64,000 nt of DNA from Candidatus Adlerbacteria bacterium. Lineage in GTDB: Bacteria > Patescibacteriota > Minisyncoccia > Phycocordibacterales > SBAW01. Below the pieces are notes generated by a model. That model did not search any database. It was not told the origin of the DNA and saw only the letters and a program-made list of their open reading frames with translations. The position numbers and the translations under genes are program-made. The stretch's first letter is position 1, and each line of letters begins with the position of its first letter. Where the stretch lies: positions 107,138-171,137 of the forward strand of contig JAPLUW010000001.1 in the NCBI GenBank assembly GCA_026397405.1. The letters run 5' to 3'. Below, one piece after another: positions 19,171 to 29,892 of this stretch.

Positions 19171-19858
19171 TCGTCTCAGAATTTTCTATCACAAACTGAT
19201 AGTCTTCAGGGCGGCCGATATCTATCCAGAATCCTTCGTGCGGATAAACCCAGACGTTAGTCCCATCGGCAAGGCACTCTAGAAGTAACTTGTCGAATCC
19301 GTACCATGTATTTTTAGGGATTTTTTCATCAATTAATTTTTTACTAAAACAATTTGCACCCATCGCTACGAATGAATGGTGTATTGGTTTTTCAATAAAA
19401 CTAGTGAGGTGATTATTTTCATCAAAAGTGACAACGCCAAAATCTGTTTTAACCTCTCTGCTTTTTACTGAAACCGAAAGCATATTATTCATCTCGACAT
19501 GCTCTTTCAAAAAGGTTCCATAGTCCAAGTCGCTCAGTGTGTCTCCGTTTATTACCAAAAAATGTTCCGGCAGATCTGGAATAAGTGTAAGGGCACCGGT
19601 AGTATGAAGGGGCGTTTCTTCAAACGAGTAATCAATTTTTAAACCCCACTGTGAACCATCTCCTGCATACGACTTGATCATGTCAGCCATATGACTTACG
19701 GCCAATGTGATATGACTGAACCCTTGTTTCTTTAGTTGACCTATAAGTACGCCGAGAATCGGTGTATCGTCCACGATGGGTACCAAGGGTTTTGGAATAG
19801 CAATTGTATAGGGTCGCAAACGCGTACCTTTTCCCCCCGCAAGTATGACGGCGCGCAT
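19154..19858 (-). CDS. Sugar-phosphate nucleotidyltransferase
   Basis: NTP_transferase signature MRAVILAGGKGTRLRPYT...PKPLVPI; 234 aa. Confidence 0.8.
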   Translation of the reverse strand: MRAVILAGGKGTRLRPYTIAIPKPLVPIVDDTPILGVLIGQLKKQGFSHITLAVSHMADMIKSYAGDGSQWGLKIDYSFEETPLHTTGALTLIPDLPEHFLVINGDTLSDLDYGTFLKEHVEMNNMLSVSVKSREVKTDFGVVTFDENNHLTSFIEKPIHHSFVAMGANCFSKKLIDEKIPKNTWYGFDKLLLECLADGTNVWVYPHEGFWIDIGRPEDYQFVIENSETIKKFL

Positions 19859-19923
19859 AATAGTTAAGACTTACTGTACCATCAAAAACCTTTTCTGGTC
19901 ACTCTGGCGAAAGAACAATTGAC

Positions 19924-20511
19924 ATGGTGAGAAAACAAAGTATTGTGCCAGTGGCCTGTTCGCCATCAAATCTAAAGACGGAGGCACAATTGCCCGTATA
20001 TAACCGCGTTAGCACTATTAAAAAAGAGCTCGGTGTGGGTATTTTCAAGAGCAAGTCGGGGGGAGAATTAATCGTCCCCTACGATCGAAAACTTGAAGAA
20101 GTTCAGGGCAGGTTCTTCTCTTACGACCAGAAGACCGTCGGCCCAACCCAATACGATAACCGCGGACTTCGCATCTACATGGTCACGAAAGTGCCCACGA
20201 CCGCGCCAGGTGCCATGGAGATGCACGAGGTCCGACGCGAAATCATCTTCGTGACTCGCGGTCGGGTTCTCTGGACGTTTGAGGATCTCTACGGCGACAC
20301 CCATGAACTCGAGATCGGCGTCGTCGGAGACGACCAGAGCGGTCGTAACTGCGAAGGTGTGGAAATTCCTCCGTACGTGATGCACACATATCGCGCACTC
20401 GAAGAAAGCGACATGTTCATCATTGCCAACGCCAGCTTCCACGAGGATGATCTGCGCGACATGCAGTACTTCAAGACGCTTCAGACACGAGTAATGGCGG
20501 CATCAGCGTAG
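19924..20511 (+). CDS. Cupin-fold WxcM/FdtA-like protein (putative sugar 3,4-ketoisomerase). GC-rich relative to its neighbours.
   Basis: Cupin beta-barrel motifs (HEVRREIIFVTRGRVLW, EIPPYVMHTYRAL). The real start is probably an internal Met. Third codon positions are strongly G/C-biased (about 58-60% GC, against about 47% in the flanking genes). Confidence 0.5.
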   Translation: MVRKQSIVPVACSPSNLKTEAQLPVYNRVSTIKKELGVGIFKSKSGGELIVPYDRKLEEVQGRFFSYDQKTVGPTQYDNRGLRIYMVTKVPTTAPGAMEMHEVRREIIFVTRGRVLWTFEDLYGDTHELEIGVVGDDQSGRNCEGVEIPPYVMHTYRALEESDMFIIANASFHEDDLRDMQYFKTLQTRVMAASA

Positions 20512-20535
20512 CCTCCAAACACACATAACGAAGAA

Positions 20536-20563
20536 GGGCACCCCACGGGTGCCCTTTTATTTT
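20536..20563 (+). terminator. Rho-independent terminator (bidirectional position between convergent genes)
   Basis: gggcacc-ccacg-ggtgccc stem-loop followed by ttttatttttt. Confidence 0.65.
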
Positions 20564-21570
20564 TATATACCGTAAATGCCTGCTTTAAAGTGCTTCAAAT
20601 TCTCCGGATTCGTATACCACTGAATAGTTTCTGCAAGACCCTGTTCAAATGTATACGAAGGGGTCCAACCTGTTAATGATTTCATTTTTTCAGCAGAACC
20701 GATAAGTCGCTCAACCTCGGATGAGGCTGGCCGAATCCGGTTTGGATCTTCGGTAATATGGACTTCCTTACCAATAACTTTAGCGATCATCTGAGCAACT
20801 TCTCCTATCGAGATACCGACACCAGAACAGGCGTTGACCGCCTGACCTATCGCCGCATCACATTGAGAAAGCGCTATGAATGCTGAAGTAGTATCTTTTA
20901 CAAAATTGAAGTCGCGCACAGGGTCGAGCCGTCCCAATTGAATTTCCTCTTTTCCAGAAAGTATCTGCGTTGCAATAGTAGGTATCACTGCACGCGTTGA
21001 TTGGCGCGGACCAAAAGTGTTGAACGGGCGGACTATTACAACAGGAACACCAAAGGATCGATAGAAGGCCTCCCCTATATGATCGGCAGCGATCTTTGTA
21101 GAACTGTATGGGGACTGTCCTTGCAGAGGATGCTTTTCATCCATGGGGACATATTGTGCAGTTCCATACACCTCAGATGTAGAAGTGAGCAATACTTTAC
21201 TGCCATGTTTGCGAGCAGCCTCCAATACGTTAAGTGAGCCTATGACGTTCGTTTCAACAAACGACTCAAACGCGCCATATGAGTATGGGATTGCAATAAG
21301 TGCAGCAAGATGAAATACGATGTCGCTTCCCTGTATCAGGGTTTCCATCTGAACTTTGTCCCGGATGTCACCTAAAACTATCTCTATTTTGGTGAGCTTT
21401 TCTTTTGGAAACGAATCGAGCCATCCCCACGAACCAAACGAGTTGTAGCAAACGAGTGCGCGTACAGTCGCTCCGGCATCTAAGGCTGCTTCCACCATAT
21501 GCGAGCCAATAAAGCCATCCGCGCCTGTCACGACTACTTTCTTTCCCTGTAACTGCATGTCCTGTTCCAT
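20563..21570 (-). CDS. SDR-family NAD-dependent sugar epimerase/dehydratase
   Basis: Rossmann motif VVVTGADGFIGSH and YxxxK catalytic residues; 335 aa. Confidence 0.8.
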   Translation of the reverse strand: MEQDMQLQGKKVVVTGADGFIGSHMVEAALDAGATVRALVCYNSFGSWGWLDSFPKEKLTKIEIVLGDIRDKVQMETLIQGSDIVFHLAALIAIPYSYGAFESFVETNVIGSLNVLEAARKHGSKVLLTSTSEVYGTAQYVPMDEKHPLQGQSPYSSTKIAADHIGEAFYRSFGVPVVIVRPFNTFGPRQSTRAVIPTIATQILSGKEEIQLGRLDPVRDFNFVKDTTSAFIALSQCDAAIGQAVNACSGVGISIGEVAQMIAKVIGKEVHITEDPNRIRPASSEVERLIGSAEKMKSLTGWTPSYTFEQGLAETIQWYTNPENLKHFKAGIYGI

Positions 21571-21643
21571 AGTTGTAAAAGGTACCTTATACTAAATGCT
21601 TGCTATAGACGTGTCCATGGGGGCTTGACCCTGCAAAGGAGCA

Positions 21644-22831
21644 ATGCAAAACTCATTATATATCAACATGAAAAAAACAGGGCTATTCAACCGTTCTCTT
21701 TTTATAAAAGTTCTATATAAACTACGAGGCGGAGTAATTACTAAAAGGCCAGGAGGCACTCCAAAGGGATGGGTGCTATTTTCTCATGACATAACTCCAT
21801 TCATAAATCCGGATCACCCGCTCGAAGCACACGCAAATTATTGGACGGCGGTAGATATGGTACAGACATTTCTTGAAAAAGGATACGCTGTTGATATTAT
21901 TAATAGCAGAAACAAAACATTTCTACCGAAAAAATACTATACGTATTTTGTAGATCTTGAGCAGAATATGGATCGCATCGCTCATTTGCTGAACAAAGAC
22001 TGTATCAAAATATTACACATCACATGCGCACATTGGTTGTTTCAAAACACAGCCGAATACAAACGTTGCCTAGCATTAAAAAAACGGCGCGGCGTAGTGG
22101 TATTACCCAGCCGCTTAACGCCTCGAACACACTCGATAGAACGTGCGGATGTCGCAACCATGATAGGTAACGACTTTACCGAAGAGACCTATGCGTTTGC
22201 GGGAAAAAAAATATATCGTACACCCCTCCCTCCAAGCAGACTGTGTGATTTTCCTGAAGATAAAGATTTCGATGCTGCTCGTAAAAATTTTATTTGGTTT
22301 GGCGGCGCGGGTGCGGTACACAAAGGGCTCGATCTTGCACTTGAAGCCTTTTCTGAAATGCCTGAATATACCCTTACTATATTTGGTAAATCAACAACAG
22401 ACGAAGAATTCACTTCCGCTTACAAAAAAGAACTTACCGAACTCCCAAACATACACGTACTCGGGTTTATCGATTTCCAAGGCGAAGAATTCAGAAAGAT
22501 CCAACAAAACACTGTCGCTCTTGTCTACCCATCGTGTTCGGAAGGGATCGCCGGCGCTCCCGTTATGTCCATGCATATGGGTATACTGCCCATTGTGAGT
22601 TATGAATCTGGCGTTGATATTGCAGAATCGGGTATTACGTTAAAAGAAAATACTATTGAATGTATCCGCGAATCGGTTCGAACGATAGCCAACCTTCCTA
22701 CAGAAGAATTGCGCAGACGTTCAAAAATTGGGTGGGAACATGCTCGTTCATACTACACAAGAGAAAGCTACGGGAATGCCTACCGAGCGTTTGTTGATGA
22801 ACTTGAGAAGGGTATGCATAAAAAATCCTGA
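21644..22831 (+). CDS. Glycosyltransferase, GT4/GT1-like
   Basis: C-terminal GT-B donor-binding region (FIWFGGAGAVHKGLDLALEAF ... E/G-rich). Confidence 0.6.
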   Translation: MQNSLYINMKKTGLFNRSLFIKVLYKLRGGVITKRPGGTPKGWVLFSHDITPFINPDHPLEAHANYWTAVDMVQTFLEKGYAVDIINSRNKTFLPKKYYTYFVDLEQNMDRIAHLLNKDCIKILHITCAHWLFQNTAEYKRCLALKKRRGVVVLPSRLTPRTHSIERADVATMIGNDFTEETYAFAGKKIYRTPLPPSRLCDFPEDKDFDAARKNFIWFGGAGAVHKGLDLALEAFSEMPEYTLTIFGKSTTDEEFTSAYKKELTELPNIHVLGFIDFQGEEFRKIQQNTVALVYPSCSEGIAGAPVMSMHMGILPIVSYESGVDIAESGITLKENTIECIRESVRTIANLPTEELRRRSKIGWEHARSYYTRESYGNAYRAFVDELEKGMHKKS

Positions 22832-23685
22832 TGGAACAAGAACGTATCTCTGTTGTGATACCCGTGTGGAATGAGAAAGATCGCATCACGCGAGCTCTTA
22901 TTTCCATGCAAAATCAAACGTGGAAGAATCTCGAAATTATCGTAGTTGATGACGGATCAACCGATGGCACACAGGACATTGTAAAAGAAATTGCTAAAGA
23001 AGATTCACGAATCTCCTTCTACGACAACCCACATAAAGTGCGGCGCACGAATTGGCGCGGGTACGATATTAATGCCGGATACGCTGCGCGTAATTACGGA
23101 TTTAGTATTGCAAAAGGAAATTGGATAACGACACAGGACGCAGATGACGCATCTTTGTCAAACCGTATTGAGGTGCAGTACAACCTAGCAAAAAAATACA
23201 ACGCGACTGCTGTTTTTATTCAATGGCAACATTTACGTCCAGAACTTCTAGGCAAGAAGCTTGATGTCGAGCGTATCTTCCATGAGAAAGGTGAAGACGC
23301 AGTTGTTATGCGACCAGAGGAGCTGAACAAACTTCCCCACGCCAGGCGCGGTATTCTTATGCTCGAGCCAATTCATAGATTTATTCCGTTTCCCATAAAG
23401 TGGTTCCCTCATACTCGCAAGTTATTTTATCGAGATACGACCCCATTTCCTGGCGCCGACAATTGCATGTTCTTTAACCGAAGTGTTGTTGAAGCTGGGA
23501 TACTCATGCGGACACGCAATGCCCGCACATGGGGTGTGCCATCAGGGCGTGGTTCAGGTCGGGACTTTGCATATAACATAACTGCGAAGCTCAAAAATAC
23601 GTGGTCCTTCAAACTCCCGCTCTATTTATGGAATGCCAATACTGAAAACCCAGAATTTACTGGATACGAAAAATATCTTATATGA
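22831..23685 (+). CDS. Glycosyltransferase family 2
   Basis: ISVVIPVWNEKDRI...VVDDGSTDGT GT-A DXD-type N-terminus. Confidence 0.8.
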   Translation: MEQERISVVIPVWNEKDRITRALISMQNQTWKNLEIIVVDDGSTDGTQDIVKEIAKEDSRISFYDNPHKVRRTNWRGYDINAGYAARNYGFSIAKGNWITTQDADDASLSNRIEVQYNLAKKYNATAVFIQWQHLRPELLGKKLDVERIFHEKGEDAVVMRPEELNKLPHARRGILMLEPIHRFIPFPIKWFPHTRKLFYRDTTPFPGADNCMFFNRSVVEAGILMRTRNARTWGVPSGRGSGRDFAYNITAKLKNTWSFKLPLYLWNANTENPEFTGYEKYLI

Positions 23686-24587
23686 GATTTTCTATCATCA
23701 CGCCCGCGTACGACATTGCGAAGTGGTTGCCAGAAACTATTGAAAGCGTAGTGTCCCAACAAGGCGACTTTTCTATTGAATACATTCTTGTCATAAACGA
23801 CTCGCATGACACTACGCTCGCGATTGCACAAAATTATAAAAAGAAACTGGAGTCGGGCGAATACGCAGTCCAATGTAGCAGCGTTTCAATGCAGATTATC
23901 GAAGCAGGAAAGCCCGAGGGAATGTATGTAGCAATTAACCAAGGCTTTGCGAAAGCCACAGGAGAAATTTTTGCATGGATAGCAGGCGACGATCTATACA
24001 AACCAGGAGCATTCCAAACAATGGCACAGGTGTTTGAAATCCGACCTGACATTATGTGGCTCAAAGGCCTCACATCCACTATCGACGAGAGCGGCAAGGA
24101 GACAGGTGCAGGCACATGCTACACCTATCGTCGTGATTGGCTGCAGTGGGGTGCGTACGGGATGGAGGCGTATCACGTAGCACAGGACAGCGTTTTTTGG
24201 CGGGCCGAATTGTGGCACAAAGCAGGACCCTTCCCTACGTATTTTAAAAGCTCCGGCGACTACTGGCTCTGGCCACACATGGCGACATATGCACCTCTGT
24301 GGAGCATAAACGCCCCCACAAGCTCGTTTAGGAAGCGCGACGGCCAAGACAGCCGCATACATGCAGTACGTCTATTAGAACAAAAAAAGCAGGCGCGAGG
24401 AAAGAGGCCGCTTGGGGCATGGATCCCACGTCTTTTTTTCTGGCCCTATTTTCATTCCTCTAAAAAAATACAATGCGCCCTCGAAGCACTGTACCCATTT
24501 TTATTTCCATTCTATCCCCGCCCGTATCTGGAGCTAGAAAATGGTACAGTAGTTGAGAAAAATATGAACACATTCTACGTACACTAA
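23682..24587 (+). CDS. Glycosyltransferase family 2
   Basis: FSIITPAYDIAKWLPETIESV...VINDSHD GT-A signature. It overlaps the upstream GT2 stop by 4 nt. Confidence 0.75.
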   Translation: MRFSIITPAYDIAKWLPETIESVVSQQGDFSIEYILVINDSHDTTLAIAQNYKKKLESGEYAVQCSSVSMQIIEAGKPEGMYVAINQGFAKATGEIFAWIAGDDLYKPGAFQTMAQVFEIRPDIMWLKGLTSTIDESGKETGAGTCYTYRRDWLQWGAYGMEAYHVAQDSVFWRAELWHKAGPFPTYFKSSGDYWLWPHMATYAPLWSINAPTSSFRKRDGQDSRIHAVRLLEQKKQARGKRPLGAWIPRLFFWPYFHSSKKIQCALEALYPFLFPFYPRPYLELENGTVVEKNMNTFYVH

Positions 24588-24590
24588 TTT

Positions 24591-25283
24591 ATGTTGATGG
24601 CTCTAAAAAAATTTCTGCGCTCATACGGATACGATGTTGTTCGATATCATTCTTTTTATGATTCATATCTACAACCGCTCGGTATAAAAACTGTTCTGGA
24701 TATCGGGGCAAATACAGGCGAATTTTCAAAAGAGATGCGTACCCTCTTCCCTGAAGCAGACATATACGCCTTTGAGCCTCTCAAAGATTGTTTTGAAACT
24801 ATTGGACTGAAGATGGCGAATGATTCAAAATTTCACAGCTTTAATAACGCGCTTGGAGAAACAACCGGCACATCCATAATTCAGCGCAGTAGTTTCCATC
24901 CGAGCTCCTCAATGCGGACGATGGCAGAGCTACATAAGGAGCTGTACCCAAAAAGTAAAGATTCGTTTGAGGAAAAGATACAGATTGCACGGCTCGATGA
25001 TGCTATGAAGGATATTTCAGTAGACACTCCGATGTTTATTAAAATGGACGTACAGGGTTTTGAGGACAGCGTCATTCGAGGCGGCATAGACACAATTAAA
25101 AAAGCGGCCGTGTTGCAGGTAGAAACCTCGTTCGTACCACTGTATGAAAACCAACCTCTATTTGCTGATATCCATGCACAACTCCACGCTCTTGGTTTTT
25201 CCTATCGAGGGACAACCGCGACGCATCGCAATCCAAAAACAGGCGAGCTTCTATATCAAGATTCTATTTTTGTGCGGAACTAA
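24591..25283 (+). CDS. FkbM-family methyltransferase
   Basis: VLDIGANTGEFS motif typical of FkbM; 230 aa. Confidence 0.8.
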   Translation: MLMALKKFLRSYGYDVVRYHSFYDSYLQPLGIKTVLDIGANTGEFSKEMRTLFPEADIYAFEPLKDCFETIGLKMANDSKFHSFNNALGETTGTSIIQRSSFHPSSSMRTMAELHKELYPKSKDSFEEKIQIARLDDAMKDISVDTPMFIKMDVQGFEDSVIRGGIDTIKKAAVLQVETSFVPLYENQPLFADIHAQLHALGFSYRGTTATHRNPKTGELLYQDSIFVRN

Positions 25284-26329
25284 TTTTTTTGAAGAGGTCG
25301 GCTAGATGTCCTGTACAACGGTCGGCATCTAAATACGCTTCCGCATATGCCCTGGCATTCTTTCCGAGTCGTTCACGTAGTTCCCTGTCTGTAACAAGTC
25401 GTGACAATGCTTGACGCATAGCGGCGACGTCGCCTTCAGGTACTAGTAATCCATTTTCTCCATCAACAATATACGTCTCCATTGCAAGGGTTTTTGAAGC
25501 AACTATCGCCTTTCCCATTGCAAGAGCCTCATACAAGGCCGAAATGCCCATAGCATTGTTAAGGCCTGTTGAGGTATCAAGCGGGATAACAACTATGGCG
25601 GCGTCTTCGTATGCTTGTTTTAATTCCGGGACACTCAGTGTTTTATGCACAACGTAGTTTGGGAGTGGTTTTAGTTTTTCCAAACGCGAAAGATGTGTAG
25701 TAACGAGCACTTCTTTTCCTAAACCTTCTGCTGCTTTGAATAGCAGTTTGAGGTCGCGGTCGGGGTCGCGGCCTGGCGCAAAAATAGGGCCGTTGCCTAT
25801 TTTTTCAGCCGGTTTAAAATAATCCAACTCAACACCGTAGGGTATACATTCAATAGAATTTTTCAGGTGTGGAAAGCGTTTTTTTAATTGCCCTGCTTCG
25901 TCTTCGCTCAACGTCACAATCCCTGCACAGCGCGACACCATCCACGCAAATATTTTTTGCCTAAACGTCTTCTCCTTCCCAAGCAGTCCCATAATACTGA
26001 AGTCGTGCATCACCCACTGAGGTCGACGGATGTGGAGCACTGTATGGAGAAGCTGGGTACCGTACCCCGTTGAAGTAAAGATAATGTCGTATGAAAAAAA
26101 GAACGGGTACACAGGTAGATGTATCCAGTAGACGTTTATATATTTGCGTAGAAATGTAGCGAACCCCAACGGAAATAATTCTTCTACTCCAACATGCGTC
26201 GCATCAATATCAAACTTGTGTAGGCGCAACATGCCCCAGTAACCATTTCCTTGCTCTTCTCCCGCCTTCACTTTTGCTAAATGCGGGCCCCGGTAGCCCG
26301 TAAAAAGATACAGCACTTTCAATTTCATT
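25264..26329 (-). CDS. Glycosyltransferase family 4
   Basis: GT-B C-terminus (GKAIVASKTLAMETYIVDGENGLLVP). The start was trimmed to ATG at 26329 (MKLKVLYLFTG); the longer ORF to 26610 is antisense to the next gene. Confidence 0.75.
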
Positions 26330-26418
26330 CGTTTATTGTGGCCGCTGTCGAGCCTTTTTGCAATGTAGAAAAAGGACATACTAGCTCCAAAAAGTGGTAT
26401 ATTTACGCAACAAATAAT

Positions 26419-27318
26419 ATGGGACAATTTCCAAAAATCAGCGTGGTGGCGATGTGTCACAACCGCGAACAGTATGTCGAACAGATGATCCGTTCGATCC
26501 TTGAACAAAATTATCCAAACCTCGACTTGGTTATCATCGACGACGGCTCTACCGACAAAAGTTGGGAGATAATCCAAACCTACAAAGACCAGCTTGGATA
26601 TTGCGAACACATTGATACAAAAACAACATCAGCCCAAGCCGCGCTTGAATATGGATTTGCACATTCGACAGGAGACGTGATGCTGCAAATGTCTGAAAAA
26701 GGTTTTATGTTGCCAGGTAGCCTCCACACTATTGGGCGCGTATTTGCGGAATACCAGGATGTCGAATGGGTCACTTCTGTTGGATGCGTTGCTAACCAAG
26801 ATGGCTCTATTATTTCTATCTCCCCCATCCGTAAAGACTTGCATGAACATTTGATTGATGTGCCCTGGAACTTACAAACCGAGTCGACCATATGGCGACG
26901 TTCGTTGTGGGAACGCATAGGCTCCAAGTGGGACAATGGCCTCGGATGGGCTGCCGACTATGGGCTCTGGTGCTACTTCTTTGCTGCGGGGGCAAAACTC
27001 TATCACATAAACACAATACTTGCGGCGTATCGTAAAACACCTACCGCAAATGGTGTAAAAAACCCAGGGCAGTACTACGGAAGTGCCGCAAAATATCGCG
27101 CATGGTTACGGACCCACATTTCAAAAAAAGAGCTTGCGTACGCGGCACTATATTCTGTGCTGCGCTATGCAAAACCAATTCTGCGGAATATACCCGACAC
27201 AGTGTACCAACACATTCCCTTGCTTAATCATTTTTGTAACGAAGCAGTTGGCTTTAAAGATATGCATACGCTGAAGCGTTACAAGCGCAACCCTTTCCGT
27301 ACTATCTACCCGCGGTAG
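26419..27318 (+). CDS. Glycosyltransferase family 2
   Basis: Internal start MGQFPKISVVAMCHNREQYVEQMIRSILEQNYPNLDLVIIDDGSTDKS. Confidence 0.75.
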   Translation: MGQFPKISVVAMCHNREQYVEQMIRSILEQNYPNLDLVIIDDGSTDKSWEIIQTYKDQLGYCEHIDTKTTSAQAALEYGFAHSTGDVMLQMSEKGFMLPGSLHTIGRVFAEYQDVEWVTSVGCVANQDGSIISISPIRKDLHEHLIDVPWNLQTESTIWRRSLWERIGSKWDNGLGWAADYGLWCYFFAAGAKLYHINTILAAYRKTPTANGVKNPGQYYGSAAKYRAWLRTHISKKELAYAALYSVLRYAKPILRNIPDTVYQHIPLLNHFCNEAVGFKDMHTLKRYKRNPFRTIYPR

Positions 27319-28426
27319 CGTGTGCGCCAACCCGGTTTTCTATAAACCGAAGGATAGCCTGCGCGCGCACCTGCCAGTCTAATGTAGAGACGCGGGCAAA
27401 TGCGTGTTCGGCAACAGTAGGGTTTTGTAGGCCGCGCTGTATACCTTCTGCAAGCGCCTGAGAATTGTCCGGGACAACAAGCACTGCAGAGCTCTCGTCG
27501 ACTAATTCGCGAATACTTGGGAGGTCAGAGGCAACAATAGGCCGGTGCGATGCCATGTGTGCAATAAGCTTAAGTGGTGAAGTAAAGTGCACAGACACCT
27601 CAACCTTGGCCGTGTTGGGCACCACAAGCACATCGGCTGCGGCCTGGTTGCGCGGCAATTCGCTGTAGGGCCGGTACCCGAGGAAAAGGACGTGTGGGTA
27701 TTTTTTTTGTAATTGGGCTATTTGTTTTTCTTCCCCACCAACAACAGCAACCTTCCAGTCGGAAGGCAGCATATGTGAAGCGGCAAAAAGAATGTCGGTT
27801 CCCTTCCAACCATCAAGCCTCCCGACATATAACGCTATTTTTTTATCTACGGGGATACCAAGTCGCGCGCGAGCAATTTCTTTGCTTTCTGGATGCGCGA
27901 AGTCTGCGAGAGCAATGCCGTTTGGTACGGCTAGAATTTTTTCTATAGGGACACCTTTTTCCTTATAAAAATCTTTCAACCCTTGCGACACACACACCAC
28001 ACCCTTGGCATGTTTTGCAATATACCGCGACGCCATATTCCACGTACCATCGTGCGATTCCCAAAAGATATTTCGCACGCCTCCCATATACAACATAGAA
28101 AGCACGAGTTCGTCACGGCCATATACCGCATCGGCACGACACGAGCGCAGGTAGCGGAGGGCGGAAGAAGCAAACGTGAGCGACTGGATCCAAAACCCTA
28201 TTTTCCCTGCAGAAACTAGGTCAATAGTAAAAAGTTTTTTAATAGCAAACGATGTTTTAATTCCGTAGTACTGGAGTGCAGGTTCTGTAATGTCCGTACG
28301 GCGCGACGGGACAATAAGAGTTACCTCTTCTCCATTTTTAACAAGCGCTTCGCAAGCTTTGGCAATTTGTACGCCATGCGCTTTCTCCGTCGGGAACCGT
28401 ATGTTTGCAACGTACGCAATGTTCAT
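27302..28426 (-). CDS. Glycosyltransferase family 4
   Basis: MNIAYVANIRFPTEKAHGVQI N-terminus. GT-B fold with an EX7E-like C-terminal region. Confidence 0.8.
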   Translation of the reverse strand: MNIAYVANIRFPTEKAHGVQIAKACEALVKNGEEVTLIVPSRRTDITEPALQYYGIKTSFAIKKLFTIDLVSAGKIGFWIQSLTFASSALRYLRSCRADAVYGRDELVLSMLYMGGVRNIFWESHDGTWNMASRYIAKHAKGVVCVSQGLKDFYKEKGVPIEKILAVPNGIALADFAHPESKEIARARLGIPVDKKIALYVGRLDGWKGTDILFAASHMLPSDWKVAVVGGEEKQIAQLQKKYPHVLFLGYRPYSELPRNQAAADVLVVPNTAKVEVSVHFTSPLKLIAHMASHRPIVASDLPSIRELVDESSAVLVVPDNSQALAEGIQRGLQNPTVAEHAFARVSTLDWQVRAQAILRFIENRVGAHATAGR

Positions 28427-29055
28427 ACTATTTTTTTCTTAAATAAAAAGAAGCGGTGCCCCGGGTCGTCTGCATATTTTTTATATGAGACAAGTTCGAG
28501 TCCAGCCTCTTCTGCCGCGTGTATAAAGCGACTGACGGGATATCCTTTTTTCCCCAATTCCCAATAATGCTCACCGTTAAAGATATGTGTTTTCCAAAAA
28601 AATGGGATTTGGAATAACAATTCTATCCGTGGAAACAGCGGTAGTTTATATATGACAGAAAATACCCACCCTGGGTGAGGTACCGAGATCATTGCATAAG
28701 TGCGCGCTACTCGCGCAATTTCGCTCAATGCTTTTGGTACGTCATTAAATTCGATATGCTCCAAAATTTCTGCCGCAAGCACAAGGTCAAATGACGCATC
28801 AGCAAACGGCAACGCGGTCACAGAACCCACAACATCTGGATGCAAATCTTCTGCAATATCTACCGTTGTCACTGTAATGCCGCCAAATTGTAATTGGCGG
28901 GCAACCACACCCTCCCCCACTCCCACTTCAAGCACTGACATAGGCTTTGCACTGCGCACTAATTCGAGCTGATGCCAATACGAACCCCACCGTTCACTCG
29001 AGCGGTATGCAGACCCTTCGTAGTGGCTTTTTTGTACTTGCGGTTGGTAACTCAT
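28423..29055 (-). CDS. Class I SAM-dependent methyltransferase
   Basis: VLEVGVGEGVVARQL motif I and LVLAAEILEHIE motif. Confidence 0.75.
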   Translation of the reverse strand: MSYQPQVQKSHYEGSAYRSSERWGSYWHQLELVRSAKPMSVLEVGVGEGVVARQLQFGGITVTTVDIAEDLHPDVVGSVTALPFADASFDLVLAAEILEHIEFNDVPKALSEIARVARTYAMISVPHPGWVFSVIYKLPLFPRIELLFQIPFFWKTHIFNGEHYWELGKKGYPVSRFIHAAEEAGLELVSYKKYADDPGHRFFLFKKKIV

Positions 29056-29891
29056 GATAGTACTGCGATAATTTTTGGAATAAGTTTTTTGAGGGAATGG
29101 TGTTCGCGTACGTAGTCGGGACCGGCAGTTTCGAGATGTTTAAGTGCTAAGTCATTCGTCTTGACCGGCAGCCCGCACGCAAGTGCCTCGAGTACAACCT
29201 TGTCCAAACTCCCTGTTTCGCTCGTGTGTATAAAATATGCAGCCTTTCGATATTCATCCCGTAATTGTGTTTGGTTGAGGCCCCCCAGAAATACAACAGA
29301 GGCTCCCAATTCGCGCGCGAGTGCTTCCAAATGAAGTTGTTCAGTCCCTTCCCCTGCTATCCGGAGCTCCTTACCTGCTTCGTGTGCAATGCGAATAGCC
29401 AAGTCGTGACGTTTGCTTTTGGTAAGTCTACCCACCGAGAGCGCCCAGTTTCCACGAATAACCGCGGGGTCCGGAGTAAAAAAGTCAGTATCTATGCCGT
29501 GTCCCACCACGTGCACCTTATTACTTTGTAGGCGAAAACTCTGTTTTGATGCAGTAAAAATAATATGAGCGAATTTTTCAGCGATACGCAGCTTAAGGTC
29601 GACGTTTTTATGTGTGTACCAGAGGGCAATTTTTTTACCCCGCAAACGCCAATACCATCCGGCTACAACTAAGTACTCGGGGTTCATATGTACAAAAACT
29701 GTTTCGTATTCTGACCGCCGTACAAGGCCAAGCAACTTCCACGCGCGCGCGAGCTTACCTCCCTGTCCGAGATCCTTAAGAGCAATCACTTCCACCTGGC
29801 AATGTTTTTTAAATTCCTCTACCCATCGAACAAAAAACCCGAGTCGTGGATCGTTTGCATCAATAATTTGCGTTGTGATAAGGAGCTTCAT
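29052..29891 (-). CDS. Glycosyltransferase family 4
   Basis: Start trimmed to MKLLITTQIIDANDP (ATG 29891), so it abuts the stop of the upstream epimerase (29893). Confidence 0.7.
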   Translation of the reverse strand: MKLLITTQIIDANDPRLGFFVRWVEEFKKHCQVEVIALKDLGQGGKLARAWKLLGLVRRSEYETVFVHMNPEYLVVAGWYWRLRGKKIALWYTHKNVDLKLRIAEKFAHIIFTASKQSFRLQSNKVHVVGHGIDTDFFTPDPAVIRGNWALSVGRLTKSKRHDLAIRIAHEAGKELRIAGEGTEQLHLEALARELGASVVFLGGLNQTQLRDEYRKAAYFIHTSETGSLDKVVLEALACGLPVKTNDLALKHLETAGPDYVREHHSLKKLIPKIIAVLS

Positions 29892-29892
29892 A

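Noticed and set aside
25264-26610. Long form (448 aa) of the minus-strand GT4 ORF extending to 26610
   Set aside because: The N-terminal roughly 94 codons are antisense to the conserved N-terminus of the plus-strand GT2 gene (26419-27318). An internal ATG at 26329 gives a typical GT4 length.
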